A stretch of DNA of 36,582 nucleotides, taken from the NCBI GenBank assembly GCA_040753455.1, contig JBFMEL010000003.1, positions 1 through 36,582 on the forward strand. Reading direction: 5' to 3'. Positions within the stretch are counted from its first letter, which is position 1, and each line of letters starts with the position of its first letter. A program made the position numbers and the translations under genes. This stretch comes from Thermoplasmatota archaeon. GTDB lineage: Archaea; Thermoplasmatota; Thermoplasmata; SG8-5; JACRNV01. The notes beneath the pieces are model-generated. The model was not told the origin of the DNA. It ran no database searches and saw only the letters and a program-made list of their open reading frames with translations. Below, one piece after another: positions 1 through 13,088 of the stretch.

Positions 1-2341
1 CCTTGTAGGTAAGGCCAAGCTCGAAGTATGACTGCGCCAGGTCATAGGGTATGGTCAGCATCTCTAACAGCACGATGCTCTTGTTCAGGTTCTCGATGGA
101 CCTGTCCCACTCCTTCTTAAGGCGATAGATGATCCCGTAGTTCTTGAAGACGCCGTTCATCCCGATCTTGTCATCAATGGCTTCGCATATCTTCAGGCTG
201 CGATCGCAGTATTCCTCTGCTTTGTCCAGATCGCCCTTGTGCGCCAGCGCCTCCGCTGCATTGAACAGCGCCCATGCGACGAAGTTCCGATTGCCGACCT
301 TCTCGGATGCTGTCCTGCACCTTTCGAACGCTTCCAGGGCTTTGTCCCATTCCCTGGTGTGGAGATACGAATCCCCTAGATTGTTGTAGGCTCTAGCGAG
401 CTCCACATAATCGCCGATCTGTTCGAGGTCTGTGATGCTCTTCTTATAGTGCTCCGCAGCCTTCGCCTGGTCGCCCCGCTGGTTGTACACGTTGCCCAGC
501 TCGATGTACACACGCGCGATGGCATGCCTGTCGTGGATCTTCGTGCTCTGGGCGATGCTCTCGCCGTAGTGCGCGATCGCGTCGTCGAACTCCCCCTGCC
601 GCCAGTGGACGTAGCCCAGTCCCCGCTCTGCATCCGCCATCCCAGCCACATCGTCCAGCCCTCTGGATATATCCAGGGCTTCGTTGTACAGCCCTTCCGC
701 TCGATCGTACTCCGCCCTCTGCTTGTGCATGTCTGCCTGCCGTAGCATCGCCACCGAGGCGACCTGCATGTTCCCCTTCGCCTTCGCAGCCTTCACCACC
801 TGCTGGTAGTACGGCAGGGCAGCGCCCCAGTTGCCCAGGTCGGTGTATATGTCCCCGCATGCCATCCTCAGCATCATCTCCTCAGCCTCGGCGTCCACGC
901 TGGGGACGATATGCGGCAGCACCTTCAGTGCGGTGGCGAAATAGCTCAGCGCCTCTTCGAGCGCCAGCAGCTTCCTTGCCTTCTCCCCTGCTGCTACGGA
1001 GTAGTGATAGGCCTTCACGTGGTCCCTGCCTAAGAACGCATGCCTTGCCAGCGAATAGACGACGTCGTCTGTTCTCCCGGCATAGGCCTCTTCCATCGCG
1101 CGCTCGACCTTGGCATGCATCAGCCTTGCCCTGGACTTGCTCAACCCCTCATACATCGCAGTGGCGGTCTGCTTGTGGTCGAAGAGGTATACTTCATCGG
1201 GGGTTGAGTGATCCTCACGGATGATCCCCAGTCCGATCAGCTTGTCGAGCGAGTCGAGGAGGGTTTCATGATCCATCTCTGTCACCCTGCTCAGCACCTC
1301 GAAGTTGAACTTCGTTCCGATGACGGATGCATACATCAGCACCCTGCGGGTGCTCTCGTCCATCCTGGAGAGGCGGCGGGTCATCACGTCCTTGATCGTC
1401 CCGGGGATGCGGATCGTTGATAGGTCCACTCCCCCATCCCAGACATAGGTATCGGTCTTGATCAGCCCCTCCTCGATGAGGGAGCGCAGCACCTCCTCCA
1501 CGAAGAACGGGTTCCCCTCGCTCTCGTCGTACAGGCGCCTCAGGAAGTGCTGGGGGATGTCCTCGATGCGCAGGAGTCCCTTGACCAGCGCGGACATGTC
1601 ATCGAACCCCATGCGCGGGAGCTCCAGCTTCTCGTAGAGCTTCTCGTTGCTCATCTTTCTCATCGTCTCGGTCAGGGGGTGTGTCCCTCCTGCGAACATC
1701 CTGAGCTCCTCGGGTCTGTAGGCACAGCAGATCATGAGCCTGGAGCGTCTCGTGTTCCTGGCTATGTAATGAAGGAGCTGGAGCGAGCCATAGTCCGCCC
1801 ACTGCATGTCATCGAGAAATAGGAGGACCGGGGATTCCTTGGAGATCTTGACCAGGAGCTGGGTGATCGTTTCGAACCACCTCTCCCTTTCAGCCTGTGC
1901 ACCGATGCGGGAGGGGGTGGGTTCCGTGAGCATCGCCAATCCCAAGGGGATCCCTCCCTCCACATGCTCCGGGTAACTCGCTGCTGCACCGCGGGTCATC
2001 CCTGTCAGCCCGAGCGGAAGCGGCAGATCAGACTCGTAAGTGCTCGCCTCTCTCTCCGATCTCTGGATGTAATCCCGCAGCGCCTCGAAGAAGGGGATGT
2101 AAGGATCCACATCCTGCTGGGCGATGCACCTCCCTGTCAAGAATTTGAACCCCTTATCATGGGCGATCTTGCCCAGCTCCGTGATCAGGCGGCTCTTGCC
2201 GATCCCTGCCTCCCCCTCGACGAAGACCAGGGTGCCAGTGCCGGAGCGCGCAGCCTCCAGGCGCTCTATGAGGAACCGGGTCTCCTTGTCCCTGTCGATG
2301 AACTTCGACGCGATCTTCACACGATCGTTGCCTATCCCCAT
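1..2341 (-). CDS. STAND-type AAA ATPase with C-terminal TPR repeats (3' end runs off the window; absent from the ORF track)
   Basis: Manual translation from ATG 2341 gives MGIGNDRVKIASKFIDRDKETRFLIERLEAARSGTGTLVFVEGEAGIGKSRL (Walker A), LLFLDDMQWAD (Walker B), GNPFFVEE and YLFDH. TPR-like helices follow, and the same frame reads PYDLAQSYFELGLTYK at the window start. Confidence 0.9.
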   Translation of the reverse strand, partial: MGIGNDRVKIASKFIDRDKETRFLIERLEAARSGTGTLVFVEGEAGIGKSRLITELGKIAHDKGFKFLTGRCIAQQDVDPYIPFFEALRDYIQRSEREASTYESDLPLPLGLTGMTRGAAASYPEHVEGGIPLGLAMLTEPTPSRIGAQAERERWFETITQLLVKISKESPVLLFLDDMQWADYGSLQLLHYIARNTRRSRLMICCAYRPEELRMFAGGTHPLTETMRKMSNEKLYEKLELPRMGFDDMSALVKGLLRIEDIPQHFLRRLYDESEGNPFFVEEVLRSLIEEGLIKTDTYVWDGGVDLSTIRIPGTIKDVMTRRLSRMDESTRRVLMYASVIGTKFNFEVLSRVTEMDHETLLDSLDKLIGLGIIREDHSTPDEVYLFDHKQTATAMYEGLSKSRARLMHAKVERAMEEAYAGRTDDVVYSLARHAFLGRDHVKAYHYSVAAGEKARKLLALEEALSYFATALKVLPHIVPSVDAEAEEMMLRMACGDIYTDLGNWGAALPYYQQVVKAAKAKGNMQVASVAMLRQADMHKQRAEYDRAEGLYNEALDISRGLDDVAGMADAERGLGYVHWRQGEFDDAIAHYGESIAQSTKIHDRHAIARVYIELGNVYNQRGDQAKAAEHYKKSITDLEQIGDYVELARAYNNLGDSYLHTREWDKALEAFERCRTASEKVGNRNFVAWALFNAAEALAHKGDLDKAEEYCDRSLKICEAIDDKIGMNGVFKNYGIIYRLKKEWDRSIENLNKSIVLLEMLTIPYDLAQSYFELGLTYK

Positions 2342-2578
2342 CAAGATAGCCCTCGGATGTACTTGTGCGTGCTCATGATGCATGGAGGAGAATTTAAGGA
2401 TTGTGGTGTCGGCAGACCCAAAGTGCCAATGGATTGACGAAGCGATTGGGTGATGGGGCTGATAGGCGGACAAACCAGATGGTCGGAACCCTTGGGGGAG
2501 CGATCCTGTCAGGGTGGTGGCGCTGGGTAGGCGAACGAACCAGCATATTTTTCGGGCAGCAGGCTTCGGATACACACC

Positions 2579-2584
2579 TTTATA
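2579..2584 (+). promoter_or_regulatory. TATA box (TTTATA) of a probable leaderless transcript
   Basis: TTTATA lies ~25 nt upstream of ATG 2610 and there is no Shine-Dalgarno sequence. Confidence 0.5.
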
Positions 2585-2609
2585 CCCTGTGGGCGCATCT
2601 CTGGACTGC

Positions 2610-3833
2610 ATGAAGGCCAGGTTCCTCGGAGGAGCCAGCAGGGTCGGCAGCCTGGGATTGCTGCTCGAAGATGACGGCTACAGGCACCTCTTCGACTACG
2701 GGATCACGCCCGCAGACCCTCCGCTCTTTCCTAGTGAGGCACCCGAGATCGATGCTCTCTTCCTGACGCATGCGCACGTGGACCATTCGGGTGCGATCCC
2801 ATGGCTCTGCGAGCACCAGCGCCCTGAGATCTACGCCACCCCTCCCACGGTACAGACAGGATTGATCCTCATGGAGGACACGATAAAGGTGGCGGAGGCA
2901 GAGGGGCATCATATCCCGTTTGGCAGGGCAGGGATAAAGAACGCAAGGAACCTCTTCAGGACAGTGGAGTACGGAGATACGATCGATGCGGGGGGCGCAG
3001 AGGTCACTGTCCACGATGCAGGGCACATCCCTGGGGCGGCGATGTACGAGGTGGTTGGTCATGAGACTATCTTATTCACAGGCGATATACACACGATCGA
3101 GACCAACCTTGCAAAAGCAGCGAAACCTGTGAGCTGCGATACCTTGATCATAGAGAGCACTTATGCCGGCAGGCGCCATCCAGACAGACTGAGGACCGAG
3201 CACGCTCTCGTCGAGAAGGTGAGGAGGGTCGCAGATAGAGGTGGGCTCGCGATCATTCCCGCATTTGCTCTCGGACGCACCCAGGAGCTCATGATCGCAC
3301 TGATGCATTCGCGCCTTGCCACGTGGGTGGACGGGATGGGGAAGAGGATCACCGGGACTTACCTGGATATGCCTCATTACCTCAGAAGACCGAAGCTCTT
3401 GAGAGCCGCGCACAGGAAGATCAAACCTGTGCGCAACTTCGGGGAGCGCAGGAAGGCGATGAGGGCGGATGCCGTGATCACCACCAGCGGTATGCTGGAT
3501 GGCGGTCCTGTGCTGACCTATCTGGATGAGAAGAAGTATGATGACAGGAGCGCTGTGCTCCTCACTGGCTATCAGGTGGAGGGGACCAACGGCAGGCTGC
3601 TCCTGGAGGAGCGCAGAGTGGACTTCTATGGCGTCAGGCAGGAGATCGCCTGCGAGGTGGAGTACTTTGACCTGTCGGCGCATGCAGACCACCACCAGCT
3701 CCTCAGGTTCATAGACGCATGCGATCCCAGGAGGGTGGTGCTGATGCACGGAGACAGCCGCCAGGCGCTGGCAAACGATCTTAAAGGATATGAGGTGCTC
3801 ATGCCGATGGAGGGCGAGGAGTTCGAGCTGTGA
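2610..3833 (+). CDS. MBL-fold beta-CASP ribonuclease (aCPSF2-like, no KH domains)
   Basis: Motifs THAHVDH, GHIPG, TGD, ESTY, PAFALGRTQE, SGMLDGG, GYQVEGTNGR, LSAHAD and HGD. Start reassigned to MKARFLGG. Confidence 0.9.
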   Translation: MKARFLGGASRVGSLGLLLEDDGYRHLFDYGITPADPPLFPSEAPEIDALFLTHAHVDHSGAIPWLCEHQRPEIYATPPTVQTGLILMEDTIKVAEAEGHHIPFGRAGIKNARNLFRTVEYGDTIDAGGAEVTVHDAGHIPGAAMYEVVGHETILFTGDIHTIETNLAKAAKPVSCDTLIIESTYAGRRHPDRLRTEHALVEKVRRVADRGGLAIIPAFALGRTQELMIALMHSRLATWVDGMGKRITGTYLDMPHYLRRPKLLRAAHRKIKPVRNFGERRKAMRADAVITTSGMLDGGPVLTYLDEKKYDDRSAVLLTGYQVEGTNGRLLLEERRVDFYGVRQEIACEVEYFDLSAHADHHQLLRFIDACDPRRVVLMHGDSRQALANDLKGYEVLMPMEGEEFEL

Positions 3834-3837
3834 GGTG

Positions 3838-4263
3838 CTATGCCACGCTCACGCTCTGTATGTTGTGGTGCCTGTTGATGATGTTGCGCATGAGCCTCAG
3901 GTTCTTCCCTGCCTTGCCGATGGCTTTTGCCTTCTCCTTGGGGTCCACAGTCACTGTGGCATGTATTATGTTGTTGCGCTGCTCGATCTCGACCTTCTGC
4001 ACCTTGTAGCCGTAGAAGACGTTGCGCACGAACTCTGCGGGATCGTGCGAGAACTCCACGATTTGAATGTTCTTGTTGAAACGCTTGAAGAGCCTCAGCA
4101 CATTATCGCCGTCCTTGCCCACAGCGGTCTTCACCTCCCCCTGGCGCACTATGAAAACTATCTTGTCCTCGGAGTCTATGCAATCCACAACAGTGGTGCG
4201 CGTGATCCTCTCGAAGAGGGCGATCGCGCCCAGGGTGTCCTGGGTGATGGTGATCTCAGTCAT
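3838..4263 (-). CDS. nusA: Archaeal NusA (two KH domains)
   Basis: AVGKDG and AIGKAGKN KH motifs; last gene of the rpo operon; ATGA overlap with rpl30e. Confidence 0.95.
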   Translation of the reverse strand: MTEITITQDTLGAIALFERITRTTVVDCIDSEDKIVFIVRQGEVKTAVGKDGDNVLRLFKRFNKNIQIVEFSHDPAEFVRNVFYGYKVQKVEIEQRNNIIHATVTVDPKEKAKAIGKAGKNLRLMRNIINRHHNIQSVSVA

Positions 4264-4540
4264 GTCTTGCCCTGGAGTATGCCGGACTCCCCAGGCTCGA
4301 TCACCGCCAGTGCAGAAATAGCGAAAGGCTTGCCGCATGCCGCCCCCAGCTCTATGTTCGTCCCTGGGAACATGAGCACCCGGGCAGCTCCTGCTTGCTC
4401 GCATATCTCCGGCATGGGGCAGTTCGAGGCTACGATGATCGCCTTTGCCCGTCCTGAGGACAGCGCCTTCTTGGTCTGATCCAGGCCGAAGAGGACCTTC
4501 CCTGTCATGACCGCAGACCTCAGCTCTCTGTGCATGTCCA

Positions 4541-4541
<1 letters not shown>
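4260..4541 (-). CDS. rpl30e: 50S ribosomal protein L30e
   Basis: TGKVLFG, IIVASNCP and ELGAACGKPF motifs; conserved position in the operon. Confidence 0.95.
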
Positions 4542-8813
<4,272 letters not shown>

Positions 8814-8817
<4 letters not shown>

Positions 8818-11800
8818 TTCAGTTCCTCCAGCTGAAGCCTCATCGCCACACCCAGCGCCAGCAGCTCGTCCAGCAGCAGTTTGAAGGCGTAAGAGGTATG
8901 GACCGGATGGATGTTCGAGTTGTTGCCGCACACGGGGCAGCGCATCGTCCCGCGCCTGTCCATGATCGCCAGGTGCCCGCAGGCAGGGTTGCCGCAGACG
9001 AGCTGTGTGGTGCCGTCTGATTCATCGAGCAGGCGGTCCTTGATGACCATGGCTGCGCCGTGACCTATCAGGCAGTCGCGCTCCATCTCGCCGAACCTCA
9101 GACCCCCCTGCCTCGAGCGCCCCTCTGTCGGCTGGCGCGTAAGTATCTGCACCGGTCCCCTGGAGCGCACATGCATCTTGCCCGCCACCATATGGTGCAG
9201 CTTCTGGTAATAGATCACGCCGATGAAGATGTCGCTCTTGATCCGATGCCCCGTGCGGCCGTCGTACATCACCTCCCGGCCGTTGTGCTTGAAGCCCGCC
9301 TCGACGAGAGCCCTCCGCAGCGCCTCCTCGCGCTCTCCGCTGAACGGCGTGCCGTCTATCGTCCTTCCGTTCATCGCGCCCACCTTTCCACCGATCATCT
9401 CGAGCACATGGGCAACGGTCATCCTCGATGGAATGGCATGAGGGTTTATGATGAGGTCCGGCGTGATGCCCGAGGCTGTGAACGGCATGTTCTCCTGACC
9501 CTCGATCAGCCCTATGACCCCCTTCTGCCCGTGCCGCGAGGCGAACTTGTCCCCCAGCTCCGGTATCCTCGGATCGCGCACCTTCACCTTGACGAGCCTG
9601 GAACCGTTTTCAGTCTCGGTGAGCATCACACCGTCCACCCAGCCTTCCTCTCCGTGACGCACGGTGATCGAGGTCTCGCGCCTCTTCTGGGGGGTAAGAA
9701 AATCAGTCTCCTCTTCCAGGAACCTGGGGGGGGAGGTCTTGCCGATGAGCACGTCCCCTCCTTTCACATAGATCTCCGGACCGATCAGCCCGTCCTCTCC
9801 CAGGTTGGTGTAGGCGAGGTCTGCCCTCGCTCCCCGCACATCAGGGGAAGGGATCTCGAAGTGATCCTCTTGTCCTCCAGGATACCTGCGTTCCTCCGCT
9901 TTGTAGGTCCTGAAGAATGTGGAGCGCCCGAGCCCCCTCTCTATGGAGGCTTTGTTAATCACAACAGCGTCCTCCATATTGTAGCCGTGATAGGAGAGCA
10001 CAGCCACCACAAAGTTCTGCCCGCCAGGACGTTTCTTGAAGTTGACGAAGTCCATGATCTTCGTCTCCACGATAGGCAGTTGTGGATAGTGCAGGAGATG
10101 CCCCCTGGTATCAGGCCTGACGCGGTAGTTGGAATCCCCAAGACCAAGAGACTGCTTCGCCATCGCCGCGCCCATCGTGATCCTGGGCGAGGAGTTGTGC
10201 TCCGGATACGGCACCATGCCGGAGCACACACCCAGGGTGAGCATGGGGTCTATCTCCATGTGGGTGTGGTTGTTCGTCAGCAGCTTGGGCACTTTGAACG
10301 TGCCGCTGCAAAATTTGCACTCCAGCTCCGCCTCCTTGTCCTGAGCACCTGTGTCTCTCCAGGAGACGTTGCCCTCGGAGATCAGCTTTCCACAGCATGG
10401 GCAGCCCTTGGGTAATTCGTAGGGCTTCACGGCTATGAACGCATCCTCCTCCTCCTCGGCGTCCAGCCACTCGATGATCCCATCCTTCACCAATGCGCTG
10501 GCAGAGCTCTTCTTTGCCGCGAGATCGTCCAAGTGGTGCTTGGTGAGCAGCAGCCTTCCGTCTCTCACCACCAGGAGAGGACGGCGGAGCCTTCCCTCGT
10601 CGCAGGTGATGATCACATCGTTCATCTTCCGATCGAAGTGCACGTTGATCTCGTTGGGGATGAGCGCCGAGCGCCTCCTGTGCCTGATCTCGCGCACCAG
10701 CTCCTCTGCGTTCTCGTGCACCCCTACCAGATCGCCATTGACATAGACCCTTGTCTCTGTGGTCATAAGGGTCTTGATCTCCTTCAGCCCGAGGTCTAAA
10801 AGCAGGCTCTTCACCGCTGCCTCGTGAGAGCGCTCTGATACATCCACGAGGAGCGCGCAGTTCTTCACCAAGCCGCAGTTCTGCCCCTCCGGTGTCTCGT
10901 TGGGGCACAGCCTGCCCCACTGGGTGGGGTGCAGGTCCCTTGCCTCGAAGTGCGGCTGGCTGCGCGTAAGCGGTGAGGTCACACGCCTTAAATGACTCAT
11001 CGCGCTCATGTTCGATGTGCGGTCCAGGAGCTGGGAGACACCAGCCCTGCCGCCGACCCAGTTGCCGGTGGATAGGGCGTGCAGCAGCCTCTGGGTGAGC
11101 AGATCGGGCCTGATGGCTGAGGAGATCTTGATCCCCTTCTTCTTCGCATACCCGCGCTCCAGCTGGTACTTGAGGTCCTTCATGAGGTTCATAAAGGAGA
11201 CCCTGAAGAGGTCCTCCATCAGATCCCCAGAGAGCTTCAGGCGCTTGTTCGCGTAATGATCTTTGTCATCCTCGCCCCTGAGATCTAGCGAGAGCTCCAG
11301 CACGTTCCTCGCTATGCGCCCTAGGAAGATAGCTTTCTTCAGGCGGTCTTTGGGCGTGTCCCCAAGATGCGGCAGGAGGGATTTGTCGATGACCTGCTCG
11401 ACCTTCTTCTCCCTGTACTCCTTTGCCTGCCCTGTGGCGAACTTCTTCTCGAGATGGATCAGCGCCTGCTCCTTGTTCACTACGCCGTTGGGGGGATAGT
11501 TCTTCGTGCTCTTGCACTCCTCGATGTTCGCATAGACCAGATTCGCCATCGCGGGATGCGAGACTATGGCGTTGTATATCTCATCGTCCTTCTCCATCCC
11601 CAGCGCCCTCATGAGGACGATCAGCGGGATGTTCCCGGGGGCAGAGGCGATGGAGACCATCAGCATCCCGTCCCTCTTCTTCTCCATTAGGGTGAGCGCC
11701 CTGTATCCTTCCTTCTGGGAAAAGACCTTCGCCACCTCCATCCTGGAGCCGTAGCGCTCGCTGTACTCCACCAGCACTCGGTTCGGGGCGAGGTCCTCGA

Positions 11801-12425
11801 GGGATATGAGCACGCGCTCCGTGCCGGTGACGATGAAGTAGCCACCAGGATCGCACGGATCCTCGCCCAGCGCCCTCAGCTTGTCAGCGTGGCTCATCCG
11901 CATCAGGATCTCTTCCGGCTCTTTGTCGAACTGCGTGTCGATGTTGTTCTCGTGCAGGTTGCATCTCTTGGACTTCACCATGATCGGCAGGTCGCCGATG
12001 TGCACACGCTCGGGCTCGTTCTCGAACCCGTCATCTATCACCGTGAACTCGAGCTCTATCGGGGCCTGGTAGGTGAGGTTCCTCAGCCTGGCCTCCATCG
12101 GCGTCAGGGTGTTCGTGGCTCCGTTCGCCTCTTTGACCACTGGCACTCCCACGTGAATCGTCGGCCTTGCCTGCGAATCTATCTCCCCTGTGTCCGGATC
12201 CCTTTTGCGCCCGATCCTGATGTCAACGATCCTCCCCTCTGTCCTGTCCTCATCCAGCCTGATCACCCCCTTCAGGGTCTCATCACTGGAGATGCGGAGG
12301 TTGTCAACGATCATCTGTATCCTGCTGTTCGGATTGTCGATCGTGGGAAGGAAGTCGTTGTACGATGCGATGTGATGGTTGACGATGCTCCTCTCTCTGA
12401 AGAACGCCTCGACGATCTCGCGCAT
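8814..12425 (-). CDS. rpoB: DNA-directed RNA polymerase subunit B (unsplit Rpo2)
   Basis: [20 protein letters not shown] and TPEGQNCGL motifs plus a C-terminal Zn ribbon; single 1203-aa ORF. Confidence 0.98.
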
Positions 12426-12428
12426 CTT

Positions 12429-12686
12429 CTATCCCCTTACCACCAAGCGATAGGCTTCGCACACCCCAGCCACATCGCTCCTCCTGACGATTTTCACGAT
12501 TCGCCCTTCTTCGATATCCTTGCGCAGCGCCTCCTCCAAGGTGCGAATGCAAGGATCGCCGAGTCTGATCTTCGGCAGCTGCTCTCTCGTGATCCCATAC
12601 TTCTTCAGGACTGCCTGTGCCTCCTTCTCGCTCAGGAGCGAGTGAGAGGGTACAAGCTCATGCTCCAGCACGTTGAATTCGCCCAT
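12429..12686 (-). CDS. rpoH: DNA-directed RNA polymerase subunit H (Rpo5)
   Basis: HELVPSH, QLPKI...DP and IVRRS..AG...YRLV motifs. Confidence 0.97.
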   Translation of the reverse strand: MGEFNVLEHELVPSHSLLSEKEAQAVLKKYGITREQLPKIRLGDPCIRTLEEALRKDIEEGRIVKIVRRSDVAGVCEAYRLVVRG

Positions 12687-12695
12687 GTTCCCACC

Positions 12696-12827
12696 CTACT
12701 TGTCGCCACACACATTTATGCTCGCGCTATCCTCATGCCTCTCGGGTGATACAGCGCCATTCTCCACTATTTCGCTGAGGGCTGCACAGGTATGCCCGAT
12801 CCTAAGATGATAGCGTTTCATCGTCAT
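12696..12827 (-). CDS. Possible 43-aa small ORF between tRNA-Lys and rpoH
   Basis: MTMKRYHLRIGHTCAALSEIVENGAVSPERHEDSASINVCGDK*, preceded by GGAGTGGGTGAC (SD-like). The stop abuts the rpoH SD. No recognisable motif. Confidence 0.25.
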   Translation of the reverse strand: MTMKRYHLRIGHTCAALSEIVENGAVSPERHEDSASINVCGDK

Positions 12828-12850
12828 GTCACCCACTCCGCCTGCACAGG

Positions 12851-12976
12851 TGAGCCCGCGGGGATTTCCGCACCTGCACGCAGGTTTTCGAACCCCGGAC
12901 CGCCTGGTTAAAAGCCAGACGCTCTATCTAGGGTGTGCGCTATGGCGCACATCCCACCTAGCTGAGCTACGGGCCC
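12851..12976 (-). tRNA. tRNA-Lys(UUU) with two non-canonical introns (20/21 and 59/60)
   Basis: Acceptor GGGCCCG/CGGGCTC, D stem GCTC/GAGC, anticodon arm TCTGG-CTTTTAA-CCAGG, T stem CGGGG/CCCCG. Removing 12926-12955 (30 nt) and 12865-12886 (22 nt) restores AGCTAGGTAGAGC and TTCGAAT. CCA is not encoded. Confidence 0.92.
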
Positions 12977-13021
12977 TGTGCTAACAGCCTCTCGGGTTAG
13001 CTCGCCCCCATCGTGCTTCGG

Positions 13022-13036
13022 CATATAAGATTTTCG
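13022..13036 (-). promoter_or_regulatory. BRE/TATA promoter for tRNA-Lys (possibly also the rpo operon)
   Basis: Minus strand reads CGAAAATCTTATATG ~46 nt upstream of the tRNA 5' end. Confidence 0.6.
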
Positions 13037-13088
13037 GGCGCTTTCAGTCTCTGCGGTTTGTATATATCGGGGCGAGGAGATGCCGCGC

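Noticed and set aside
144-2437. Many 60-160 aa ORFs on both strands
   Set aside because: They are shadow ORFs of the long minus-strand STAND-TPR gene in GC-rich DNA.
12782-12851. CTGCACAGGT occurring twice near the tRNA 3' end (possible att site)
   Set aside because: Only 10 bp, almost entirely outside the tRNA, with no integrase or cargo between the copies.
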